A stretch of 64,000 nt of DNA. Source: Sminthopsis crassicaudata (lineage: Eukaryota). The notes under the pieces were generated by a model. That model did no database searches. It was not told the origin of the DNA and saw nothing but the letters and a program-made list of their open reading frames with translations. Position 1 is the first letter of the stretch; every line of letters starts with the position of its first letter. Positions 1-19,000 of the stretch are shown here, one piece after another. The DNA lies in NCBI RefSeq assembly GCF_048593235.1, contig NC_133619.1, positions 645,336,558 through 645,400,557 on the forward strand, given 5' to 3'. The translations under genes and the position numbers were made by a program.

Positions 1-3000
1 CTCCTCTAACTTCTCTCCGCCTTTTTTGTTCTCCTCTTCCATCTCTCTTCCTCCACTTTCTCTCTCCTCCTTTTTCTTGTTCTCCTCCTTGTTCTTTTCC
101 TTCCTTTCTCTGCCATTCCTTCTCCTCCTTTTTTCTTGTTCTCCTTTTCTGTCTTCCTTTTTATCTTCCTCCTCTTTTTTTCTTGTTTTCCTCCTCCTCT
201 CTTTCTCCTTCTTTTTATTCTCTTCCTCCTCACCCCTTTCTTCTGTCTCCCTCCTTCTCCTTTTCCTTGTTCTCCTCCTTTCTCCATTTTCCCCTCTCCT
301 CCTTTTCCTTCTCTTCCGTTTTCTTCTCTTCCTCCTCTTCCTCTTGTCCTTTTTCTTATTGTCCTTCTCTCTTCTCCTTCCTCCTTTTTTTTGTTTCCAT
401 CCTCCTTTTTTTCTCCTTTTTCTTCTCTTCCTTCTGTCTCTCTTCTCCTCCTCATCCCTTTCTTCTGTCTCTCCTCCTCCTTTTTCTTCCTCTCCTGTGA
501 TGTTCTGTTTTTCTAAGTTGTAATCGTTCTCTGGGAGGAGGTTTCTTGGGGAGCTTCTGGAGGCAGCCTTGGCTTCAGTTCAGTTCAATAATCCCAAAAT
601 GGAGGCAGGAGTTAAAGTCCTTTACTGTCTCTTTCCAAATCTTATCTCCAGATCCTTTATTTTCTCCTTCAAGTCTTGTCTCCTTCACTTAGGGCTCGGC
701 TAGCTTTCTGGAAGCCTTCCTCTCTCTTTGGTTCCTGAGAGCTCTTGTCCAAGTGTCTCCAGTCTCTCGTCTTCCCAATGTCTCCAGCCAGCACCACTGT
801 GGAATCTTGAATGACTCTTGACTCTGAATCTCCTAGACTGTGGGAATCAGACTCTACCTCCAAAAATGGGCTTGTGGGTACAGCCTAGGCTTGTGAGAGC
901 TCCTTAAAAGTATGCTCTCTTAAAAGTGTGAATTTCATGGAATTCTAGTAAATACATTACTGAACTAGAGAACTGTTAAGTACCATGCTAAATTAGATAA
1001 TTATTGTCTCTATCCCTTCCAGTCACTTAGCACCTTGTAAGAATCCTAACACTCTCCCTCTCCTTTTCCTTCTCTCTCTTCCTTCTTTTGTTTCTCCTCC
1101 CCCTTCTCTCTCCTCCATTTCTCTTACTCATTTTCTTCTCCTTTTCCTTCTCCTCCTATCTCTCTTCCTCCTTCTCCTTTTTCTTGTCCTCTTCCTTTCT
1201 CCTTCTCTACTTTCTCTCTCCTTTTTTTTTGTTCTCCTCCATCTTTCTTCTTCCTCCTTTCTCCTCTTCCTCCACCTTCTCTCTCCTCCTTTTTCTTGTT
1301 CTCCTCCTTGTTCTTTTTCTTCCTTTTTCTGCTATTCCTTCTTCTTCTCCTCCTGTCTCTCTTCATTTTTCCCCTCTCCTTCTCCTTTTCCTTCTCTTCC
1401 TCCTCCTCATTCTTTTCCTTGTCATCCATTTTCTTCTCTTCCTCCTCCTCTTCTCCTTTTTCTTATTCTCCTTCTCTCTTCCCTTCTTTTCTTCTTCATC
1501 CTTTTTCTTGTTTTTCTTCTCCTTTTTCTTCTCTTCCTTCTGTCTCTCTTCTCCTCACTCTTTTCTTCTGTCTCCCCTCCTTTTTCTTCTTCTCTTCCTT
1601 GTCCTTCTCCTACTCTTTCTTCTTCTTCTATACTTCCTCATTTTTCTTCCTCTCCTCCTCCTTTTCCTTCTCTGTCTCTCTTCCTTCTTTTGTTTCTCTT
1701 CCCCTCCTTCTCTCTCCTTCTCCATCTCTCTTCCTCATTTTCTTCTTCTCCATTTCCTTCTCCTGTCTCTCTTCCTCCTCCTTTTTCTTGTCCTCCTCCT
1801 TTCTCCTCCTCTACTTTCTCTCTCCTTTTTTTTTGTTCTCCTCCTTTCTCCTCTACTTTCTCCTTTTTTGGTTCTCCTCTATTTCTCTTCTTCCTGTTTT
1901 CTCCTCTTCCTCCACCTTCTCTCTCCTTTTTCTTCTTCTCCTCCTTGTTCTTTTCCTTCTTTTTTCTGCCCTTCCTTCTCCTCCCCTTTTTTCTTGTTCT
2001 CCTTCTCTCTCTCTTCCTTTTTTTATTCCTCTTCCTCTCTTCCTCCTCACCCCTTCCTTCTGTCTCCCCTTCTCCTTTTTCTTGTTCTCTTCCTGTCTCT
2101 CTTCATTTTTCCCCTCTCCTTCTCCTTTTCTTTCTCTTCCTCCTCCTCATTCTTTTCCTTCTCCTACTTCTTTTATACTTCCTCCTCTTTATGTCTCTTT
2201 CTTTTTCTTCCTGTCCTCCTTTTCCTTCTGTCTCTCTTCCTTCTTTTGTTTCTCCTCTCCTTCTCTTTCCTGCTCCATCTCTCTTCCTCATTTTCTTCTC
2301 TTTTTCCTTCTCCTGTCTCTCTTCCTCCTCCTCCTTTTTCTTGTCCTCCTCCTTTCTCCTCTTCTACTTTCTCTCTCTTTTTTTTGTTCTCTATCTCTCT
2401 TCTTCCTCCTCTTCCTCCACCTTTTTCTTGTTCTCCTCCTTGTTCTTTTCCTTCTTTTTTCTGCCATTCCATCTCCTATTTTTTTGTTCTCCTTCTCTCT
2501 CTTCCTTTTTAAAAATTCCTCCTTTTTTCTTGTTTTCCTCCTCCTCTCTTCCTTCTCACCCCTTCCTTCTGTCTCCCCTCCTCCTTTTCCTTGTTCTTCT
2601 CCTCCTCTCTCCTCATTTTCTCCCTCTCCTTCTGCTTCGTTTTCTTCTCTTCCTCCTCCTCCTCTTCTCCTTTTTCTTGTTGTCCTCTCTCTTCCTTTTC
2701 TTTTCTTCTTCATCCTTTTTCTTGTTTCCCTCTTCCTTTTCTTCTCTTCCTTCTGTCTCTTTTCTCCTCACCCCTTTCTTCTGTCTCCCCTCCTCCTTTT
2801 TCTTCTTCTCTTCCTTGTCTTTCTCCTACTCCTTTTTCTTCTTCTATACTCCCTCCTCTTTATCTGACTCTTCCTCCTTTTCCTTCTGTCTCTCTTTCTT
2901 TTGTTTCTCCTCCCCTTCTTCTCTCTTCTTCTCCATCTCTTTTCCTCATTTCTTCTTCTCCTCCTTTTCCTTCTCTTCCTCCTTCTTGTTCTTTTCCTTC

Positions 3001-4110
3001 TCCTCCTGTCTCTCTTCCTTCTCCTTTTTTTTATCTTCCTCCTTTCTCCTCCTCTACTTTCTCTTTTTCTTGTTCTCCTCCTTATTCTTTTCCTTCTCAT
3101 ACTTTTTCTGCCATTCCTCCTTTTTCTTGTTTTCCTTCTCTATCCTTTTTTCTTCTCTTCCTCCTCACCCTTTCCTTCTGTCTCCCCCCCTCCTCCTCTT
3201 TCTTGTTCTCCTCCTCCTGTCTCTTATTTTCCCCCTCCTTCTCTTCCTCCTCCTTGTACTTTTTTTCTCATCCTTTTTCTTCTCTTCCTCTTCTTCTTTT
3301 TCTTGTTCTCCTCTCTTTCCCTTTTTCTTTTCTTCCTCCTCGTTTTTCTTGTTTCCCTCCTCCTTTTCTTCTCCTTTTTCTTCTCTTCCTCCTCTCTCCT
3401 CCTCCTCACCTCTTTGTTCTGTCTCTCCTCCTCCTTTTTCTTGTTTTCCTCTTTTTTGTCCTTCTATTCCTTTTTCTTCTTCTACACTTCCTCCTCTCTT
3501 TATCTCTCTTCCTCCTTTTTTCTCCTCCCCTTCCTTCTCTCCTTCTCCACCTCTCTTCCTCCTTTTCTTTTTCTCCTCCTTTTCCTCTCTTCCTCCTCCT
3601 TGATTTTTTTCCTTCTCCTTTCTTCCTCATCCTTCCCTTTTTCTTCTCCTCCTCCTTTCCCTTTTCTTTCTCTTTTTTCTTCTTTCCCCCTCCTTTTTTC
3701 TTGTTCTTCTCTCTTCCTCCTTTTCTTTTTCTTTTCTTCTCTTCCTCTTCCTCCCTTTTTTCTTCTCCTCTTCCTGCTCCTCTGAATCTCCTTCTCCACC
3801 TTCTCTCTCCTTTTTCTTGTTCTCCTCCACTTTGTTCTTTTCCTTCCCTTCCTCCTCCTTTTTTTTTCTTCTCTTCCTCCTCCTCCCCTTTTTTTCTCCT
3901 TTTTCTTTCTCTTCCTCCTCATTCTTTTCCTTCTCCTCCCCCTTTTTTTGGGTTCTTCTTTTTTCCTCCTTTTTCTTCTGTCCCTTTTCTTCTCTTCCTC
4001 CCTTTTTTCTTTTCCTCTTCTTCCTCCTTGTTCTTTTCCTTCTCCTTTTTCTTCTTCCTTTTCTTCTCCTCTTCCTCTGCCTCTTTCTCCTTCTCTCTCC
4101 TCTTCCCCTC
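1..4110. repeat. Very long polypyrimidine (CT-rich) low-complexity tract, interrupted by a solo LTR at 496-1051
   Basis: Almost only C/T on the + strand, with recurring cryptic motifs (ttctcctcc, tccttctgtctc, ttttttgttctcctcc). All F/L/S/P-rich and R/E/K/G-rich ORFs here are compositional artefacts. Confidence 0.95.
496..1051 (-). mobile_element. Solo ERV LTR (~556 bp)
   Basis: Normal-complexity island inside the CT tract with TG...CA termini (tgtgatg...cctaaca). The hexamer ctctcc flanks both ends (490-495 and 1052-1057), a candidate 6-bp TSD. AATAAA lies on the - strand at 656-661. Confidence 0.7.
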
Positions 4111-4759
4111 CCCCCTTCTTGGCACATGCTTACCAGGTGAGAAACACTCTGGGCTGGGAGACTTGGATCCGAGTTCCGGCTCTGACCCTATGTCTTGGGG
4201 AAATGCTCCCACTTCAGAGAATCGGCCCCCTGCCTGGGCCCTCAGCAACTATTGGAGAAAGCGAGTCAGAAAGCTTAAGGCAGAGCAGGTTGCCTCGAGC
4301 TGCCCCCTCCTCCTCCCTTTCTATTACAGAACACAAGGGCCCTTAAGGGACCACCAAGCAGGACTCCTTTGGTTTGACTGAAGGTCAGACAAGGGCAGGA
4401 ACTGACCCACAGTCACCAAGCTGAGGCTAGACTCAGCACCAGAGCTGGAGGAGGCTGCACAGCAGGGTCAGGGATGGGAGGATGGGATGGCAAAGCTATA
4501 GACCCTCAGAAAGGGATGTCAGGGCTGGGAGGAGACTCAGGATGGGGGATGTCAAGCTGGTGGGGAGGTCAAGGCTTGGTCTCCTCCAGCTGTCCCCAGG
4601 GGCCAGGGTGGGCTGAGGCTGCAGCTCCGTTGGGGACTGGCTCTTGGCAGGGTTGGCTGGACCAGGAGGGGAGAAGACCCTTTCTGACCTTTCTCTGTCT
4701 CTCTTCTCTACCTGTTTTGCACCCTGGGACACCTGCCTTGGACCCTGGACGAAGTCACT

Positions 4760-5430
4760 AATCAGTGAGGATGAGGATGAGGAAGATGCTCCCCAGAGCC
4801 CCAACCTCACGAAGGGTGATTCTTAAGTACCGCTGGGGGGAAGTGCTGCCTGGTGGGCTCCCCTGACTCCACCTAAATAGGTACCAAGCTGCCCATTTCT
4901 CTGGGTTCCTGCATAGCCTGGAAGGCTGGATGGACCTCAGGATCCTTTCCAGTTCAGAGGCCATTGCATAAGGCCTCCCCCCAGCCCCTTGTAGGCAAAG
5001 AACCCCCTCCCCCCAGATTGTCTATTCTCCAACTAAAGGCCATTTCTTCTTCAGAAGGACAAAAACCATCTGGGATTCCACAGCAGCCTTCAGGAAACAG
5101 ATGCCCCCCCCCTTCCTTAACAGAGGCTGGCCTGCTCCTCGGACCCCCTTGGAAAGAGTACCCGCCCAAGAGCTTACAATGACAAGAGTGCCCACTGAAG
5201 AGCAGTTTACAATGGCAAGAGTGCCCGCCTGAGAGCAGCTGACCATGGCAGGCTGAGAAACTCGAGGACTATGAGCCGCGAGACCACGGCCACAGAAGCA
5301 GACAAGCCCGCCCTGGAAAGAGGCACCAGCCTCAGGGCACAAACTGAGCCAGGCGCTTCTCTGGCCAGTCTGGCACTGCCCTGAAGACCTGTGTGCTCCG
5401 TACAAGGAGCGAAGGGATGGGATAAGTTTT
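4760..5430 (-). mobile_element. Possible degenerate class I ERV leader/gag-matrix remnant
   Basis: Frameshifted - strand fragments QWPLNWKGS and LCRNPEKW resemble gag MA motifs (WPxNGS...FCRxxGKW). Short direct repeats lie at 5165-5260. No PBS or paired LTR was identified. Confidence 0.25.
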
Positions 5431-7150
5431 TAACGTGCTGCCCTTAGGCTGTCTTTGCCTCGGTCACTGCAGGGCCAGGAAGCCTCTCCCCTAGCCTCCC
5501 CCCACTGACCCAGCAGGGCACCAGCTTCCACCACTGAGGGGACGTTCGGGCCATCCAGCTTCATCTCCTGGTGAAACCTGAAACTGCACCCCAGCTCTTA
5601 GACACCCACAAGCCTTTGACAGGAAGCCCCTAGCACAGCCGACTTGGAGCCGGGGTGCGAGCCACCAGATCCAGACCTGTCCTCCCCTGAACCCCCTTGT
5701 GTGGGAAGTCCCGTAAGGTGGAGGCTGACATTCTCCCCAGAACCCCAATATTCTCGGCCCCCTCACAACCCTTTCCCTGCACCCATCCTTGCACAAGGGG
5801 AGCATCCTTGGCTAACCACCTTGCTGGGACAGAGACCTGGGTCCCTCTTGGATGACGCCGTCCCTGCCACGGCTGTCTGCCAGCTTCCCCCGACCCCGCT
5901 GGCCCAGCTCCTCCTGCTCTCAGGGCTCCCCCTCAGTGCCCGCATTGGGCTGGACCCTGTGGACCACGGAGCAGGTGGTGGGGCGCCCTGAGCACGGAGC
6001 CCCGGCAGAGGCTTTCTCCATTCAGATGGCCGGCCCCAGGCGAGCCGCCCTCCTGCTTCTAAGCACATGGAACGTCTGTGTTCTAAAGCCATGAGGACGC
6101 AGGGCTCCCGGCCTCCACAAAGCCTCGGCGCTCCTTGGAATGCTGGTCTGCACGAGCCGGGGGGCGGCGCCTCCTGGCACCGAACCCTCATCCCAACGAG
6201 GCCATAAGCAGGCTGCCCGCGCCCCGGAAGAGGAGCTGCACCGCGTGGGGCCCAAACTCCTTCAGGGAAAGAGGCTCGTTTCTCGAGATGCCATTAAAAT
6301 CATGCCGTGGTGCAGCCCAACAGACAGCCGGACCAACTCTGGACCCCAAAGAAGCTTCGGCTCCCCCCAATTCCATTACTCTCAGACTAAATTACCAAGT
6401 AAACAAATAAATGCTCCTTTGTTACACTTTAAACTCTGCCTCACAGAAAGCTCGCTGACCGCTGTCTTGGTGGGTCTCTAGGGTGGTCCCCTCCCCGACC
6501 TGGGTCCCCAGAATTTGTGGCAGTGCCCATGAGTGTCCTCAGGGACCCTTCCCGCCTCATCTGGCCCAAGCAAGCTAAGGCGCCCCAGCTCCGTCAAAGG
6601 AGTGCCTGACAAACCTGAGGGGGACCTCACAAGTCGGGGCTCCCTAAGACCTGGGCGACCAGTCCTCGGGGGCAGCACTCTGCACACGGGGGCACTTCAC
6701 ACCCACTTTCCCAAGGCCTGAGGCCCCCGCTGGCGACCACCGAGGCTCCCCTTCCCTGGAGGCCCCACGGGTGGGAAAGCCCCCTTGGGTCTCTGCCACA
6801 GCTGGCCGCCCCTGGCCCAGGGAGAAGCCCCCCTTATCCCCCTTCTGATCACAGGCAGCCTAGTCCGTGACACCCCGCCCTCACTGGTCCAGAGAGCACA
6901 TGGCACGTGGAATAGCAGTTAGGCGTTATCTTTCTGGAACACGAGAGCGGACACGGGGAACTTCCTCGCCAGAGCTGAGGGAACATCTTGGTCACAGCCC
7001 TCGCGTGACTGGGATCCCTCCCGCCTCCTCCAGCCCGACTCCCTCGGTGGAGGAGCTCACTGCGCCCCCAAGCCACATGGCACCCCCAGACCTGCCGGGC
7101 CTCCGGGAGGGGGCCGCAAGCTGCAGACAAGAGCAGGGTCCAACGGGAAC

Positions 7151-7156
7151 TTTATT
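7151..7156 (-). terminator. EMC10 proximal polyadenylation signal (AATAAA)
   Basis: tttatt on + lies 17 nt past the stop codon, with GT-rich sequence downstream on -. Confidence 0.55.
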
Positions 7157-7173
7157 TAGCAACAGGTGGGCTC

Positions 7174-10294
<3,121 letters not shown>

Positions 10295-10826
10295 CGCCGC
10301 TCGCCCGCGTTCACGTGACCACTCGCGGGGTACTCTGGGAGAGGGCGGACGAAGCCTCTGCGCCTGCGCCCCTCTGAGGTCTCCGTCTGGAACCGGAGTT
10401 TGGACCCCGAGGCCCCCTCCCTCTAGCTCCTCCCTCTCCATGACGTCACATCACTCTCGTGCCTTAAGCCAATCCTTCCCCACTCCCACCTTCACCCGAT
10501 TCTCCGACGTACGCATGCGCAATGATTCCCACTCAGGAGTACCCAAGTCCAGGCTTTCCGGCCTCCTCGTATTCGCGACCCCGTTTTCTGCGCGTGCGCA
10601 ACGACTCCTCGTGATATCACAGAATCTGGGACCCCGCCCCCGTCCCCATAGCAACATGGTAGCATTTGGGCAAAGTGCCAAGTGACGGGAGGGGGCCGAA
10701 CTTGTGAAAGTGAGAGGAGTAAACCCTCCACCGCCTCCTCTCGGTAGTTCCCAGCCACCCCCAGAGCCCCGGGCCCAGAAACGATCCCCACTCCCCGAGG
10801 CCCGCGAGGACCAGGGGGAAGCGGGC
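10295..10826. promoter_or_regulatory. Bidirectional CpG-island promoter shared by EMC10 and GARIN5A
   Basis: About 530 bp between divergent ATGs. Contains E-box CACGTGAC (~10313-10320), CRE TGACGTCA (10441-10448) and NRF1-like CGCATGCGC (~10512-10520) and GCGCGTGCGCA (~10590-10600). Confidence 0.75.
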
Positions 10827-14966
<4,140 letters not shown>

Positions 14967-14971
14967 TAATT

Positions 14972-14977
14972 AATAAA
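14972..14977 (+). terminator. GARIN5A polyadenylation signal AATAAA
   Basis: aataaa about 250 nt after the inferred stop codon. Confidence 0.65.
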
Positions 14978-15159
14978 GACACCATATGTCCGAAGGAAGG
15001 TCAGAGCCTTCAGCGGGGGCGGGGGGCGCCCGTCCTGAGCGGGGAGGGGTCTCGGGGCAGTGCCCCCTCCCCAGGGCCGCGGGGGTCCCTGACCCCGGCG
15101 CAGCCGGGGCCTGGGTGAGAGACGGCAGCGCGGCCTGGAAGCCACCGAATCCGTCCCTC

Positions 15160-15885
15160 CTCCTCCTCTTCTCCCTCTCTCCCTTCCTTCCTCCTTTCTT
15201 CTTTCCTTCCTCTCTCCTTTTCTTCCTCACTTCTTTCTTCCTTCTTTCCTCCCTCCCTTCTCTTTTCCCTTCTTCCTTTTTTCTTCCTCCCTCCCTCCCT
15301 TCTCTATTCCTCCCTTTTTCCTTCCTTCCTTTCTCCCTCACATTTTTCCTCCTCCCTCCCTCTTCGCCTTTCTTTTCTCCCTCCCTCCTTCCTTTCCTTC
15401 CTGTCTTCCCTCTTTCCTTCAAAAATTTCCTGCTTCCTTCCTTTCCTCCTTCCTGCCACCTTTCTTCTTCCCCTCCCTTCTCTCTTCCCTTCCTCCCTTC
15501 CCTCTTTCCTTCCTTCCTCCCTCCTTTTCTTCCTCACATCTTTCTTCTTCCCTCCTTCCTTCCACACTCTTCTCCCTTTTCTTTTTCCTTACCCCCTTTC
15601 CTTCCTATCTTCCCTCTTTCTTTCCTTCCTCCCTTCTTCTTTTCCTCCATCCCTTTCCTCTTAACTTTCCTTCCTTACTCCCTTCTGTCCTCTCATCCTT
15701 TCCCTCCTCCCTTTCTCTTTCCTTTGCTTCATTTTTCTTCCCTTTTCCTTTCCTTCCTTCTTCCCTCCCTCCCTTTTTTTCTTCCTCTTCCTTTCCTTCC
15801 TTCTTCCCATCCTTTCCCCCCTCCTCCTTCCCTCCCTTCTTCCCTTTTTCCTTCCTCCCTCTCTCCATTCATTCTTTCATCCATC
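15160..15885. repeat. Polypyrimidine (CT) low-complexity tract between the convergent GARIN5A and MYBPC2 3' ends
   Basis: About 720 bp of ttcc/ctcc/cctt motifs. Confidence 0.9.
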
Positions 15886-16062
15886 CATTCACATAGGCAG
15901 ACATTGAAAAGAGGAGCCACAAGCATTGTCCAAATCTCATGTTTGAGCATAAATGAGAGAAGGGACAGGTGTCCCCAGGAAGGAGGGTCCAGAGTCAGGT
16001 TCTTCAGGTTTTCAACAAAGCTGGGGTGAAGTAGGAAGAGTGTTGGCCGCCCTCAGGAAGGA

Positions 16063-19000
16063 TTATTGCGGCACTGGAGAGGAGAGGAAGGGAAATGGTA
16101 TGAGCAAGGCTGTCTCCATTTTCCAGATGTTGAAACAGTCCCAGATAGAGAGGAATGACAGGTCCCTCCCTTCAGCCCCAGATTTACTGTTCCTGTCTCA
16201 TTTGAGGTGGGATGCCACGGATTGGTGGCAGAGAACTTGGATTCTGGTCCTCTCTGGGTCTGTTTCCTCATTTATAAATTTATAAATAGGGGCAGTTCCC
16301 TCCCAGAAGCCACCAGTGTGGCCCCGGCCTGAGCCACCTGTCTCGGGGAGGGGGGGCTGGTTACAACTGCCCGCCTCGGCCTGGTGGGTTCCTGGCTAGG
16401 GTCCCTCTCTGTGTCTATCCATCCCGGGACTGGCTCAAAAGTACTCTGTCCAAGGTCAAGCAGGGGCCTTTGAAGCCATTTAGTTCAAGGCGGAGAGAGG
16501 ATATCCGGCTTATAGCCAGGCGCCCCAACTCTGTGGAGAGCGTATGTGGCAGAGAAACCCGTGCCGAAGTCCTCGCAGCCCCATAGGCCCCGCATGGTGG
16601 TCGCCAAGTGTGGCCCGCAGCTCTGGCTCCAAGCAGTCTGCAATCATCTCATTAGATGTACAACCCCAAGCCATGGATGCTACTCATCTCCCTTTTACAG
16701 ATGAGGAAACCGAGGCAGGCCATGGTTAAGTGCCATACCTGGGCTCACTTAAGTGCTCCAGGCCCCATGGTGCCCCCCAGTTACTTTTCAAAAAGGAGGG
16801 AAAGCCTCCAAGGTGGTCATCCAGCTCGGCTTTCCCCCTTAGCAGGACGTGACAGGTCTACAGGGTCAAGGTGCTGCTGGCACTCAGGGCTGGGATTGGC
16901 GTGCAGACCCCCGGCCTCCGGGCCCCCTGGCCGCCCCCGGCCCCCACCCCGCCTCACCTCGGACCTCCAGCTTGCACTCGGCCAGAGCCTCGCCCAGCTC
17001 GTTGACCGCCCGGCAGGAGTAGGTGCCACCGTCGAAGGGGCTTGGCCGCCGGATGCTGAGCGTCAGGATGCCCTGCTGGTTGGTCATGATGAACTTGGGG
17101 TCCTCATGAATCTCCATTTTGTTCTTCATCCAGACCACCTTTGGCTGCAGTGAGACGGAGCGCGGCCACGGACCGCTGGAGCAGGAGCTGGCCGTAGCCT
17201 GGAAGCTCGTACCCCCCCTCGAAAATGGGGGAAACTGAGGCCCCAGCAGGGGGGGGGGGACTGGGCCCTGGCAGTAAGTAGCTCAGCAAGCATACGGTCC
17301 TGGCTCCCGGACTCCTTGGGTGGAACCCTCCCCTCCCCAGGCCCTGCTCCAGCTCCTCCCTGGTTCCCGGGGCCTCGGCCTACCTTGGGGTACCCCCGCA
17401 CAGCACAGTAGAGGGCAGCCGTGTAGCCTGCCACCACCACGCGGTCCAGCAGGGGGGTCAAGAACTTGGGGGCCGAGCGGAAGTCGTGCTCCTGAAACTC
17501 CAGAGGTTTCAAGGTGATCCCTAAGGAGGATGGGATGAGCGGCTCAGCCCCTGGCCATTCCTGCCCCCCTCCCCCACCCCCTGCCAGGACTGGACTGAGA
17601 GATAGCTGGACCGGGGCTGCCCCCCCTCCCCGCCCCCCAGCTGCAAAGATCGCGAATAAAGGCTCGTCTGCTCCCAAGCCCTCCTGGTAGCGGGAGGGAC
17701 AAGTAGCTCTGGACCAGAAAGCTCTGGGGCGGACCCCCTGGGAAGGTCTCCCCTGGGGCCACGAGCAGGGCGCCCCCTCTCTGGGTCCCTTTGCCCGTCG
17801 GTCACATGGGGCGACCGCACCTCCAGCCGGGAGGTCCTCCTGAGAAGGGGAAAGGGCGGGCAAGCCTGCGGGGACCCTCGCACCCTCCTCGCCCCTGGGA
17901 GCCCCGCGGGGCTGGGCCCAGGGCACACAGCACCTGCTTTGAGGATCTTGGCCGTGTTCTTGGACACTCCCGGGGAGTCGCTGAACCCGCAGATGTTCTC
18001 GCTGAACACGCGGAAGTAGTATTCGTTCCCGATGATGAGGTCCGAGACTGTGCACCTGGTGGGCCTGCTGTGCTCATACACAGTGAACCACTCCTGGGGG
18101 AAAGGCGGGAGCATTAGGGAGGGGGCAGAGAGGGAGGGGCTGGGAGTGGCCAGAGAGGGAGGGGCTAGGGAGTGGCCGGGAGGAGGAGGGGCTGGGAGTG
18201 GCCAGAGAGGGGCCGGGAGAGGGAGTGGCCGAGAGGGAGGGACTAAGGAGTGGCCAAGAGAGGGAGGTAGCTGCTAGGGAGTGGCCGGGAGAAGGAGGGG
18301 TGGGAGTGGCCAGAGAGGGAGGGGCTAGGGTAGGTGGTCAGGAGAGTCGGAGGGACTAGGGAGTGGCCAGGAGAGGGATGAGGGGCTAGGAAGTGGCCAG
18401 GAGGGGGACTAGGGAGTGGCCAGGAGAGGGAGGGGCCAGGGAACGGCCGGGAGAGGGAGGGGGCTAGGGAGTGGCCAGGAGGGGGACTAGGGAGTGGCCG
18501 GGAGAAGGAGGGGCTGAGAGTCTGGCCAGAGAAGGAGGGACTAAGGAGTGGCCAAGAGAGGGAGGTAGCTGCTAGGGAGTGGCCGGGAGAAGGAGGGGCT
18601 GGGAGTGGCCAGAGAGGGAGGGGCTGGGAGTGGCCAGAGAGGGAGGGGCTAGGGAGTGGCCGGGAGAAGGAGGGGCTGAGAGTCTGGCCAGAGAGGGAGG
18701 GACTAAGGAGTGGCCAAGAGAGGGAGGTAGCTGCTAGGGAGTGGCCGGGAGAAGGAGGGGCTAGGGAGAGGCCAGAGAGGAAGGGGCTAGGGTAGGTGGT
18801 CAGGAGAGGGAGGGGCTAGGGAGTGGCCGGGAGAAGGAGGGGCTGAGAGTCTGGCCAGAGAGGGAGGGACTAAGGAGTGGCCAAGAGAGGGAGGTAGCTG
18901 CTAGGGAGTGGCCGGGAGAAGGAGGGGCTGGGAGTGGCTAGAGAGGGAGGGGCTAGGGTAGGTGGTCAGGAGAGGGAGGGGCTAGGGAGTGGCCAGGAGA

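Noticed and set aside
6-4381. Many 100-640 aa ORFs (F/L/S/P or R/K/E/G)
   Set aside because: Stop codons are simply absent from CT/GA-only sequence.
4872-4881. Perfect CArG box CCTAAATAGG
   Set aside because: An isolated 10-mer inside probable repeat-derived sequence, far from the muscle gene promoter.
5640-5675. tggtggctcg... on - as a tRNA primer-binding site
   Set aside because: Only a partial match to tRNA-Pro-type PBS, and no adjacent LTR end was identified.
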